DNA of 64,000 bases from Hyphomicrobiales bacterium (GTDB taxonomy: Bacteria > Pseudomonadota > Alphaproteobacteria > Rhizobiales > Rhizobiaceae). Below are positions 32,902-41,625 of this stretch, one piece after another. The position numbers and the translations under genes are program-made. How positions within the stretch are numbered: position 1 is the first letter of the stretch; each line of letters begins with the position of its first letter. The DNA lies in contig JAPLOZ010000019.1 of assembly GCA_026400435.1 (NCBI GenBank), positions 5,311 to 69,310 of the forward strand, given 5' to 3'. The notes below the pieces were generated by a model. The model saw only the letters and a program-made list of their open reading frames with translations. It did not search any database and had not been told where the DNA came from.

Positions 32902-33621
32902 TCAGTAGCCGCTGGCGCGGCCAGGCTCGGCGCCCGGCCGCTCGCCACGCTCCATCGAGCGGTAAAAATCGGCAAGCTGCTTGCCGCGTTCGGGCTTGTA
33001 GGTGCGTCCGGCGGAAATAACCGCCGCGATGCGGTCGATGCGGAAAGCGCGGAAGTCGGAGCGCATCTCGCACCAGGCGACCAGCGTCCACACCTTGCCC
33101 CAGAACCAGAGGCCGAGGGGGCGCACGTCGCGGGCCGATGGTCGGCCGGCTTCGTCGCGGTAGTCGAGCGTAAGCACCTCGCGCTTCTCGACCGCCCTCT
33201 CGATGCGGTCGATATGGGCGCGGTCAGCGTCGCTGACGACCCACATCGGGGCGTGAATCTCGGTGCGGGCGATACGATCCTTCTCGGCTTCTGGCAGAAC
33301 TGCGCCGATCTTGACAAGCGCCTCGTCGGCCGCACGCGCCATGGTGGCGCCGCCGAAGGCGCGAACCATCCGGGCGCCGGCCACCAGCGCTACGATCTCG
33401 TCACGCGTGAACATCAGCGGCGGAAGGTCGAACCCTTCCCTCATGATGTAGCCGACCCCGGCCTCCCCATCGATCGGCACGCCGGTCGACTGCAGGTCGG
33501 CAATATCGCGGTAGATGGTGCGCTCGGAAACCTCGAGCCACTGGCCGAGCTTCTGGGCGGTGACCAGCCGACCGCCGCGGAAATGCTGCACGATCTGGAA
33601 TAGCCGGTCTGCCCTGCGCAT
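32902..33621 (-). CDS. YafY-family HTH-WYL transcriptional regulator
   Basis: MRRADRLFQIVQ, LEVSERTIYRDIADL, GEAGVGY, RDVRPLGL..WTLVAWCEMRSDFRAFRIDRI (WYL). Confidence 0.93.
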   Translation of the reverse strand: MRRADRLFQIVQHFRGGRLVTAQKLGQWLEVSERTIYRDIADLQSTGVPIDGEAGVGYIMREGFDLPPLMFTRDEIVALVAGARMVRAFGGATMARAADEALVKIGAVLPEAEKDRIARTEIHAPMWVVSDADRAHIDRIERAVEKREVLTLDYRDEAGRPSARDVRPLGLWFWGKVWTLVAWCEMRSDFRAFRIDRIAAVISAGRTYKPERGKQLADFYRSMERGERPGAEPGRASGY

Positions 33622-33708
33622 GCGTCGATCCCGCTCCAGTTTTGCCTGCCGGGCCGTGCCCGCCGCGTCGCGCACGGTGTGCAAGCGAGGCAGCAACCTG
33701 CCACAAGC

Positions 33709-33732
33709 CTCCTGACAGCATATTGTCAGGAG
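33709..33732. promoter_or_regulatory. Palindromic operator 1, upstream of the WYL regulator
   Basis: CTCCTGACA-N6-TGTCAGGAG, perfect 9-bp arms. Confidence 0.75.
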
Positions 33733-33779
33733 CCTTCAGCATACCGGCTTTCCGGCGGGGACGCACGCGCTGCCTCCGG

Positions 33780-33953
33780 CTAGCGGCCGCGCGATGTGCG
33801 GTTGTCCTTGAAATCGGGCCACCCGACGTCCTTGCGGATGTCCTCGGGCAGCGAATACATGAAATGCGCCATCCGGAACGCTTCGCGTCTGGCGCGCAAC
33901 CTGCCGGCATAGGTGCGGATGCTGTGAACAAGCCTCGGTGCGAACGGTGTCAT
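33780..33953 (-). CDS. Unannotated 57-aa Arg-rich small protein, DUF1127-like
   Basis: GAGGAG SD, then MTPFAPRLVHSIRTYAGRLRARREAFRMAHFMYSLPEDIRKDVGWPDFKDNRTSRGR*. LPEDIRKDVGW resembles the DUF1127 LxDxxLxDIG signature. Below the ORF-track cutoff. Confidence 0.75.
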   Translation of the reverse strand: MTPFAPRLVHSIRTYAGRLRARREAFRMAHFMYSLPEDIRKDVGWPDFKDNRTSRGR

Positions 33954-33992
33954 GACGGTGCTCCTCTGTTGGAAAAGCAGTGTCGCACACCC

Positions 33993-34016
33993 CTCCTGAC
34001 AGCAGTCCGTCAGCAG
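33993..34016. promoter_or_regulatory. Palindromic operator 2, upstream of the small protein gene
   Basis: CTCCTGACA-N6-CGTCAGCAG; shares CCTCCTGACAGCA exactly with operator 1. Confidence 0.7.
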
Positions 34017-34058
34017 TCAACCGGCATGTTTCGGATTGTCCTGCGCAGCCGGCCGAGA

Positions 34059-34844
34059 TCAGCTTTTCACGGGCACGACATAGTTGAGCGGCAGCCTCCC
34101 GCCGTCGGCGTAGATAGTCTGACCGGTGATATAGCTTGCCTCGTCGGAGGCCAGAAAGGCTGCAATCGCGGCGATTTCGGCCGGTTGGCCAATGCGGCCG
34201 AGCGGCGTACGCGACAGGATGCGGTTCTTCGCAGCCGGATCGTTGTTCACGCTGGCCAGCATGTCCGTCATGATCGAGCCCGGCCCGATGGCGTTGACGC
34301 GGATGGCGTAGGTCGCGAGCCCGAGCGCCATGACTTTTGTCAGTTGGTTGATGCCGCCCTTGGAAACCGAGTACGGCACCTGGTTGGCGATCGCGAAGAC
34401 CGCATTGACGGACGACATGTTGACGATGGAACCCGGCTCGCCGCCCGCCTTGACGCGTTCGACCATATGGCGCGCGACCGCCTGGCCAGTCAGGAACGAA
34501 CCCTTGAGGTTGACGCCGAGGACGCGGTCGAAATCCGCCTCGGCAAGATCGAGGAAATCGGCGGCGTGGACGATGCCGGCGTTGTTGACGAGAACGTCGA
34601 TCTTGCCAAACGCCGCAATGGCGGCGGCGACAAGACTGTCGACGTCGGCGCGCACTGCGACATTGGTCTGGTGGAACCGCGCCTCGCCTGGGCCAGACAG
34701 CGATGCGACGGCTTTCGCCCCGCGCGCGTCATCGATGTCGGCGATCATGACACGTGCGCCTTCGGCAACGAAGCGCTCTGCGATGGCCAGGCCGATGCCG
34801 CTTGCCCCGCCCGTCACGATGGTCGCCTTGTTGCTGAGATTCAT
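34059..34844 (-). CDS. SDR family NAD(P)-dependent oxidoreductase
   Basis: TGGASGIG, VNNAG, YSVSK catalytic motif, RVNAIGPG. Confidence 0.93.
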   Translation of the reverse strand: MNLSNKATIVTGGASGIGLAIAERFVAEGARVMIADIDDARGAKAVASLSGPGEARFHQTNVAVRADVDSLVAAAIAAFGKIDVLVNNAGIVHAADFLDLAEADFDRVLGVNLKGSFLTGQAVARHMVERVKAGGEPGSIVNMSSVNAVFAIANQVPYSVSKGGINQLTKVMALGLATYAIRVNAIGPGSIMTDMLASVNNDPAAKNRILSRTPLGRIGQPAEIAAIAAFLASDEASYITGQTIYADGGRLPLNYVVPVKS

Positions 34845-34936
34845 GGGTTACTCCTGTTGTCCACCGTTCCTTCGGCATTCCAGCCCGCGATGCTGGCGGC
34901 AAGGGGCAGCAAGGTCAACCGCAGGGGCCAGCGATA

Positions 34937-36520
34937 TCAGTAGGAACAGTCGATCTTGCGCTGCGCGCGACGAACTTCCGAATCGAATCGGTCACGGGTG
35001 TAGTTCTGCTCGCTCGACTGCATGTAGGTCCACGCTTCCTCGGGATCGGCGCCGAGACTTACCAGCGTGTTGATGGTCAAGTCCCAGTAGGCCCCGTGCC
35101 TGACCATGCGTCCATCCTGCAACCGCTCGTAGAGCAGAGGCACGGCCGCGTTGCCGGCGCGGCCCAAACCGCACAACCCCTGGACGCCGGCGAGATAGGG
35201 ATGCTGCCATGCGTTCGATGAACGGCTGGGCTCGGCGGCCGCGGAATCGTCGATCAGGAATATCAGCGTCGGCACTGTGTCGACGCCAAACAAGCCGAGG
35301 CGGCGCAGCGCGACATAGCCATTTACCCGGGCCCGCCTGTCGCGCGCCAGCGTTTCAAGATCTGCGCGATAGGGCAAGAGGGCGTCGTCCGGGAGGTTGG
35401 CGATAGCATCGGACAGGTAGGCGAGCGGATAGCCGAGATAGTCAGAGTCATCCTCCTTCTCCTCCGGATCGATCTCGAACAGACGGCCGAACAGCACGGC
35501 CGCGAACTGGCTGGCCAGCGCCGCATCATCCGCGGCGAACCTGCGCACTGGCGCGGAGGCATTGCGGGGAACTGGAACGCGCCGGTCGGCCAGTACGCGC
35601 AGCGCAAGCGTGGCGTCAGCTTTCTCGGCGTCCTTGCGCCGGGACATCGTCTCGAAGAAATCCTGCATTACCTTGACGCCGGCGCGGTCGATTGGTCCAT
35701 CGCGATCGAGCGCCGCCGCGATCACTTCGCGCGTGACCTGAACCGCGTCCGTGTCGCGCAGAGCCAGGTCGAAACGCATTTTTTCCGCGAGGAAAAGCCC
35801 GAGCGACGGTTTCGGACGGTATCGTTCCGCGTCGCCAAGAAATGCAGTGCTACGCAGGAACCCCGGCCTCAGTTCCAGCCCGTAGCCGCCGGCATAGCTA
35901 GGCAGCAGGACAGGTAGCATCGGGTAGTAGGTTACCCCGGTAGCGCGATAACGTTCGACAAGCTCGCCATCCTGCCTCACAAATAGGGCGAGTCGTTCCG
36001 CACTCACCGTATCGGCCGCGAGCGAGAGCCCGGCGGAATCGGGCGATTGGCCCTGCTTGACGCGTCCGGTAACCAGAACGGCGTCCGCCTCGGAAAGAGT
36101 GGCGTCGCGTGCCGTGAGGCAGATACCCTGGGCAGCCTTCAAGCGGAGAAGATCGCCGGGCGTCTTTTCGCCCCAGGTCGCATGCTCGCCCGGGATGTCG
36201 ATGCGTTCACCTTCTCTCAGCGCGGGCGCTGGGCAGCTCGCCATGCGATCAAGTCGGTAGAGCCTGCCGACGAAGTCGTCGGCAGGCATTTTGCCTGGAG
36301 TTTTCGATGCGACCATGATGATCTGCGCGGCGGCTGCATTCAGGAGCGCACGCTGGCAGAAGTCGCCGCAATCAGAGTCCCGCCTTTCGGTCCCGTATTG
36401 AACATAGGCGAGCGTCGCAAAGGTGGGCAGCACCCCGATGCCCGCCTTGTCGCCGGCGACAAGCACGTCGGCTTCGGCGGCCAGGCGACGATTTTCGAGA
36501 TAAGGAACGAGTGCCAGCAA
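34937..36520 (-). CDS. Hypothetical protein; true 5' end probably at 36680 across a frameshift
   Basis: 527-aa open frame, helical C-terminus, no recognised motif; an upstream hydrophobic ORF (36540-36680) lies in another frame. Confidence 0.6.
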   Translation of the reverse strand: MLALVPYLENRRLAAEADVLVAGDKAGIGVLPTFATLAYVQYGTERRDSDCGDFCQRALLNAAAAQIIMVASKTPGKMPADDFVGRLYRLDRMASCPAPALREGERIDIPGEHATWGEKTPGDLLRLKAAQGICLTARDATLSEADAVLVTGRVKQGQSPDSAGLSLAADTVSAERLALFVRQDGELVERYRATGVTYYPMLPVLLPSYAGGYGLELRPGFLRSTAFLGDAERYRPKPSLGLFLAEKMRFDLALRDTDAVQVTREVIAAALDRDGPIDRAGVKVMQDFFETMSRRKDAEKADATLALRVLADRRVPVPRNASAPVRRFAADDAALASQFAAVLFGRLFEIDPEEKEDDSDYLGYPLAYLSDAIANLPDDALLPYRADLETLARDRRARVNGYVALRRLGLFGVDTVPTLIFLIDDSAAAEPSRSSNAWQHPYLAGVQGLCGLGRAGNAAVPLLYERLQDGRMVRHGAYWDLTINTLVSLGADPEEAWTYMQSSEQNYTRDRFDSEVRRAQRKIDCSY

Positions 36521-36856
36521 TCCCAGCGCCAGAGCCCCGCTAACCGGCCAGAAACGAAGACCGACGGCCGTAGATCGCCGCGACGATGGCTACCGCCGAG
36601 CCCAACGGACTGAGGCAGACAAGGCTGGCGATCCCGAGGACCACCAGCGCAACATCAAATGTGCGGGTACTGACGCGCATACCGGGAACCAGATTGAAAT
36701 GGAGGCCAGCATCGCACAATCCCGTTAGTTGCCGGTGAATCCCCCGTGCGGCATGCTGCGGATGGCAGCAACAGAGAATTTGCCATGTCCAGTGAGGCTG
36801 ACGATTGTAGAGTGTGCTAGTCTCGCCTGCGATTGCCGGATTGCGATCGACGGGAG

Positions 36857-37894
36857 ATGAGTATGATTTTTCGCCAGCTTTTCGATGCCACGTCCAGCAC
36901 CTACAGCTACCTGATCGCCAGCCGTCGCGGCGCCGAGGCGCTGATCATCGACCCGGTGCTGGAGAAGGTCGACCGCTACATCAAGCTCTGCAACGAGCTG
37001 GATCTGAGGCTGGTCAAGGCGGTCGACACGCATCTGCACGCCGACCACATAACTGGCCTCGCGGAACTGCGCGACCGGACCCATTGCATCACGGTGATGG
37101 GCGAGCAGACCAAGGCCGACGTCGTTTCGATGCGGCTCGCCGACGGCGACAAGCTGACCATCGAAGGCGTCGGCCTCGATGTCATCTATACGCCTGGCCA
37201 TACCGACGATTCTTATTCCTTCGCGATGGAAGACCGGGTTTTCACGGGCGATACGTTGCTCATCCGAGGCACCGGCCGCACCGACTTCCAGAACGGCGAT
37301 CCGCGCCAGCAGTACGATTCGATCTTCAACCGGCTGCTCAAGCTGCATGAAGACACGATGGTTTTTCCCGCGCACGACTACAAGGGCGACACGGTGAGCA
37401 CGATCGGCGAGGAGAAGCGCAGCAATCCGCGCCTGCAGGTCCCGTCGGTCGAGGCCTATATCGATCTGATGAACGGTCTCAACCTGCCCAACCCGAAGAT
37501 GATGGATGTCGCCGTGCCAGCCAACATGCATATCGGGCTGCACCAGGAGGAAGTCGCGGCCAAAGGCTGGGCGGTCAATGCGGCGGCGGCGGTGAAGATG
37601 CTCGGACGTCCAGACATCGCGCTGGTGGACCTTAGGGAGCGCAGCGAGCGCGAGCGCGAGGGCACCATACCTGGCGCGCTGCATTTTCCCTACACCGCGA
37701 TCGACGACAACGTGAAGGCCGGCGGCATCCTGCACCAGCTGGGATCCATGCAGAAGCTCGCCTTCTTCTGCGCGTTCGGCGAGCGCTCGGCGATGGCGGT
37801 GACCGCGGCGCACGATGCCGGCATCTTGTCGGCATGCCACATCGAGGGCGGCATCGCCGCCTGGAAGAAAGCCGGCGGGCCGATCGAGCACTGA
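36857..37894 (+). CDS. MBL-fold persulfide dioxygenase (ETHE1-like) fused to a rhodanese domain
   Basis: MIFRQLFD..STYSYL, THLHADHITG, TPGHT, FTGDTLLIRGTGRTDF, PAHDY; C-terminal VDLRE..CAFGERS. Confidence 0.88.
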   Translation: MSMIFRQLFDATSSTYSYLIASRRGAEALIIDPVLEKVDRYIKLCNELDLRLVKAVDTHLHADHITGLAELRDRTHCITVMGEQTKADVVSMRLADGDKLTIEGVGLDVIYTPGHTDDSYSFAMEDRVFTGDTLLIRGTGRTDFQNGDPRQQYDSIFNRLLKLHEDTMVFPAHDYKGDTVSTIGEEKRSNPRLQVPSVEAYIDLMNGLNLPNPKMMDVAVPANMHIGLHQEEVAAKGWAVNAAAAVKMLGRPDIALVDLRERSEREREGTIPGALHFPYTAIDDNVKAGGILHQLGSMQKLAFFCAFGERSAMAVTAAHDAGILSACHIEGGIAAWKKAGGPIEH

Positions 37895-37913
37895 TGCCCC
37901 GACAGACCTGCGG

Positions 37914-39578
37914 TCAGCTGCGGCTGGATATGAAGTGCTGCTTCAGCCGGCTGATATCGACCTCAGACCATCCCTGGACGTCGGCCACCTCCATCCACGC
38001 ATCGATGTAGTGCTCAGCCGCAAAGACGTGGCCATGTCCCATTGGCGCGGTGGTCGCCAGCGCGATGTCGAGGGTGAGCTGTAGGAACGTCACGACCGGA
38101 TACCACCTGAGTTCTGGCGAGACGTCGGGGCCGCGCGGGTTCTTCATCCAGTCCGGCTCCCGATAGATCGAGGCAATCTCGTAGAAGGTGATCGGGTCGC
38201 TGGCATATTGCAGATAAACAACGCGCAACGGTCCCCATACCGCGCCGGGGATCGGCAGCGCGTTCTCCTGCGCGGTGAAGCGGATATATGAGCCATCGCG
38301 GAAACGCGGCAGCCAGGCTGGCGAGCCGGGGTTGCGGTTGCGGGTCACCGCGTTCCAGACCTGGCTGGGAAACGGCGGACCACTCCACAGCACGCCGTTG
38401 TAGGGATCGCCGAGCACCTCGAACAGTTCGTTTGAGCGCTCCGAACTCAGGGCGCCGAGGCTCAAGCCAAAAAGATAGAGCTTTGGTCGCGAGTCTTTCG
38501 GCAAGGTGGTCCAATAGCCGTAGACCTCGTGGAAGAGCGCGCTGGCCTGATCGGCGCCGTAGCCGGGTTCGGCAAGCAGCGATATCCAGCTTGCGAGATA
38601 GGAATACTGCGCGGCGACGCTCGCCACGTCGCCCCCCAACAGGTACTCGACCGGGTCGATGCCCTGCTCGTCGACCCAGCCGGTTCCGGTCGGCGTGATG
38701 AGCACGAGCGCCTTGCGGCCGAAACCGCCGACACGTTTGAGTTCCTCCAGCGCGAGTTTGGCACGGTCCTCAGGCGTTTCGCCGGACTGCAGGCCGACAT
38801 AGACGCGGAGCGGTTCGATGGCGGGCTTGCCGGAGACGGCCGAGATATCGGCCGCGGTCGGGCCGCTTGCGATATAGGAGCGGCCCTTGCGGCCAAGATC
38901 CTGCCAGCCGACCAGCGACGCCGGGCTGCCCGTCTTGTTCGGATCGACCGGCTGGGCCGTTTCCGCGGGCGTCAGCTCGTCGAGTTGGCGGAAGGAACTG
39001 TCGGCGATCCGAAGGGCATAGCGGAAGAGCAGGCCGTCCGCGACGGACCAGAACAGCAGCACGACGATCGTGGTCCCGACGACATAGGACATGCGCGGCG
39101 GCACGAAGCGCCGGAGTATCCCCGAGACGAAAAACAATGTGATCTTGAACAGCCGCGCGAGCCCGACGAGCACCACAAACGTGGCGATGGCAATGGCGCC
39201 GACCTGGATCGGGTGCGCGGTGTCCAGATGGTCCAGACCCATGACAGTCCGGATGGTGTTCTGCCACTCGGCGGCGCGCCAGAGGAAGACAAGCGCCACG
39301 ATCAGGCAGACGCCGATGCCGATAAGCTTCACCGCACGCAGGAATCCGGCTTTTGGCTCGGGCAGTTCGAGGTATAGCCACAGCCAGCGGAAAAAGAAGC
39401 CGATGCCGTAGCCGGTCGCAGCCGAGAAGCCTGACAAAGCGCCCTGTGTGAGATGGTTTCTGGGGATCAGCGTCGGCGTCAGAGATGCGGCGAAGAACAG
39501 CGTTCCGAGCAGCAGCCCGGCCAACGAAAAGGATTGGAGATAGCCGACAGTCCAACGCCACAACATATCGATCGCCAC
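37914..39578 (-). CDS. Membrane-anchored alpha/beta-hydrolase family protein (Abhydrolase_9-like)
   Basis: N-terminal TMs with SLTPTLIPR, PTGTGWVD, AQYSYL.SW, LFGLSLGA, QYASDPITF, GHGH. Confidence 0.82.
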   Translation of the reverse strand: MAIDMLWRWTVGYLQSFSLAGLLLGTLFFAASLTPTLIPRNHLTQGALSGFSAATGYGIGFFFRWLWLYLELPEPKAGFLRAVKLIGIGVCLIVALVFLWRAAEWQNTIRTVMGLDHLDTAHPIQVGAIAIATFVVLVGLARLFKITLFFVSGILRRFVPPRMSYVVGTTIVVLLFWSVADGLLFRYALRIADSSFRQLDELTPAETAQPVDPNKTGSPASLVGWQDLGRKGRSYIASGPTAADISAVSGKPAIEPLRVYVGLQSGETPEDRAKLALEELKRVGGFGRKALVLITPTGTGWVDEQGIDPVEYLLGGDVASVAAQYSYLASWISLLAEPGYGADQASALFHEVYGYWTTLPKDSRPKLYLFGLSLGALSSERSNELFEVLGDPYNGVLWSGPPFPSQVWNAVTRNRNPGSPAWLPRFRDGSYIRFTAQENALPIPGAVWGPLRVVYLQYASDPITFYEIASIYREPDWMKNPRGPDVSPELRWYPVVTFLQLTLDIALATTAPMGHGHVFAAEHYIDAWMEVADVQGWSEVDISRLKQHFISSRS

Positions 39579-39704
39579 CGCAGGATCAGTTCGCGGGCAC
39601 CTTTGCAGTCGGCGCGGCGTTTGCGCAACAGGTATTCAACGCCCCGCGGATGCCATCCTCGTCACTGGCTTTGACAGCGGGGTCGCTGGCTGCTCAAAGG
39701 CGGC

Positions 39705-39866
39705 ATGTCGAAACTGCTCGCCCTCGTCATCCTTGGCATCATGCTGATCCAGATCATCAAGCCGCTCGGCTTGCCCGGATTGCGGCAGCGTCGCGACTTC
39801 TGGAAGCTCGCAGCGGCTGCCTTGGCGGCGATCGCGCTGACAGTGCTGATCAGCCACGGGCGGTAG
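39705..39866 (+). CDS. Unannotated 53-aa two-helix small membrane protein
   Basis: MSKLLALVILGIMLIQIIKPLGLPGLRQRRDFWKLAAAALAAIALTVLISHGR*; AAAGG SD; GC3-rich codons. Confidence 0.7.
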   Translation: MSKLLALVILGIMLIQIIKPLGLPGLRQRRDFWKLAAAALAAIALTVLISHGR

Positions 39867-39891
39867 GGCAGAGCACCGTCGAGCGGCCCGC

Positions 39892-39994
39892 GATCGCCGT
39901 GAGTCCCATCGGACGCACCAAGGACGATCCAAATTGCCGACAGAGCATCGGAATAGTCCGAAAACCGGATTCCGCTCTTTTGTCCGATGCCCCT
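39892..39994. repeat. Composite palindromic intergenic element (RIME/Bru-RS-like), copy 2, degenerate
   Basis: GATCGCCGTGAGTCCCATCGGACGCACCAAGGACGATC...AGAGCATCGGAATAGTCCGAAAACCGGATTCCGCTCTTTTGTCCGATGCCCTA, colinear with 9960-10066. Confidence 0.78.
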
Positions 39995-39999
39995 ACAGA

Positions 40000-41478
40000 C
40001 TAGTCGCCGGCGTTGAAGGCGTCGGCGGGATCGGCCGAGATAGGCGGCGCGCCGAAGGTCAGCTTGATCGCTTCGGCAAGCAGCAAAGGCGGCGCCATTT
40101 CCGTTGCGAGCCCGGTGATGCGGGCCTGCAGTTCCTTCACTCTCCCGGGGTTCTGTTCAGCCAGGTTGGTGGTCTCGGACGGGTCCTTTCCAAGGTCGAA
40201 CAGCTCGACTTTCTGAGGCAGCGTGGCGGCCCAGACCAGCTTCCAGTCGGCGCTCCGGACAGCACCCGACATCGGGTCGACATTGTAGACCATCTCGGTG
40301 CGAGACGACGGCGCGTCGCCAGAGATGGCCGGCCAGACGTCGACGCCGTCAAGCGGCTTGTTCTTGCCCAGCCGGGCTCCGGCAAGGCCCGCCAAGGTCG
40401 GCAGCATGTCGACGACGTGGATCATGCCGCCCAGGTTCGACGGCTTGATCCTGCCCGGCCAGTTGGCGAAGGCAGCGACGCGCGTGCCGCCCTCATAGAG
40501 CGTGCCCTTGCCGTCGCGGTACGGGCCGTTGTCGGCCGGGAGATGGCCCTTTACAGCCGATTCGCCGGCAAACATCGCCGAGCGGACGCCGCCGTTGTCG
40601 CTCTGGAAGACGATGATCGTGTTGTCGCGCATGCCGCGCTCGTCGAGGGCTGCGACCAGCTTGCCGATTTCGTCGTCCATCACCGAAATCATCGCAGCGT
40701 AGGTCCGCCGCTGCTGGTCGGCGATGCCGGGATAGCGGTCGATGTATTCCTGGGGCGCCTGGAAGGGCGTGTGCGGCGCCGTGAAGGCGAGGTAGAGGAA
40801 CAGCGGCGATTTCTGATCGTGGGCCCGGACCAGCCGCACGGCGTCGGCGCCGAACAGTGCGTTGTCGTAGCCGGTTTCCGAAATCGGCGTGTTGTCGCGG
40901 TACCAGTCCTTTATGCCGTGCGAGGCATGTTCGAAATGATCGATTTCCCCGACCAGCGCGCCATAGAAATAGTCGAACCCGCGCTGCCTTGGCCAATATT
41001 CGGTCTTGGCATGGCCGAGATGCCATTTGCCGACCAGCGCGGTTGAATAGCCCGCGTCCTTGAGGAGTTGCGGCAGGATGTATTCATCTGTCGGCAGGCC
41101 ATAGCTGCCGCCCGAAGGAATCACGCCCGTCTGCAGGCCATAGCGCAGCGGATAGCGCCCGGTCATGAGCGCCGCCCGCGTCGGCGTGCACATCGGCTGC
41201 GCGTAAAACTGCTCGAAGCGGATTCCGGTTTGAGCCAGCCTGTCGATGTTGGGCGTCTTGATGTCCGAGCCCTGGTAGCCGAGATCCTTCCAGCCGAGAT
41301 CGTCGGCGACGATGTATATGATGTTGGGAGGAGACGCCGCGCTGGCAATTGAAGCGCCGGCCGTTCCGATGTTCAACGCCGCTCCCGCCAGGAGCAGCGC
41401 AGCGCCGCTTTTCAGAAAATCGCGCCGCTCCAGATCGCCGCCTGGCTTCTGCCCGTCGCCGGTTACTTTGGTGCTCAC
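40000..41478 (-). CDS. Tat-exported arylsulfatase (Cys-type)
   Basis: ERRDFLK Tat signal, PNIIYIVADDLG, CTPTRAALMTGRY, GKWHLG, SDNGG. Confidence 0.92.
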   Translation of the reverse strand: MSTKVTGDGQKPGGDLERRDFLKSGAALLLAGAALNIGTAGASIASAASPPNIIYIVADDLGWKDLGYQGSDIKTPNIDRLAQTGIRFEQFYAQPMCTPTRAALMTGRYPLRYGLQTGVIPSGGSYGLPTDEYILPQLLKDAGYSTALVGKWHLGHAKTEYWPRQRGFDYFYGALVGEIDHFEHASHGIKDWYRDNTPISETGYDNALFGADAVRLVRAHDQKSPLFLYLAFTAPHTPFQAPQEYIDRYPGIADQQRRTYAAMISVMDDEIGKLVAALDERGMRDNTIIVFQSDNGGVRSAMFAGESAVKGHLPADNGPYRDGKGTLYEGGTRVAAFANWPGRIKPSNLGGMIHVVDMLPTLAGLAGARLGKNKPLDGVDVWPAISGDAPSSRTEMVYNVDPMSGAVRSADWKLVWAATLPQKVELFDLGKDPSETTNLAEQNPGRVKELQARITGLATEMAPPLLLAEAIKLTFGAPPISADPADAFNAGD

Positions 41479-41625
41479 AGCATTCTCCCTGAACTGACGA
41501 CCGGTGATCCTCAGGCGCGAAAACTGCGCCTGCGCAAAGGCGTATGCAAGTGGTGGCGTACCGACCGAGAAACGAGCCCCGCAGAGCGGGGCCTCGCATT
41601 ACGCAATCGAGGACCGACCCGATTC

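Noticed and set aside
33733-33779. Cuckoo-type sRNA downstream of the DUF1127-like gene
   Set aside because: No CCTCCTCCC loop motifs on the coding strand.
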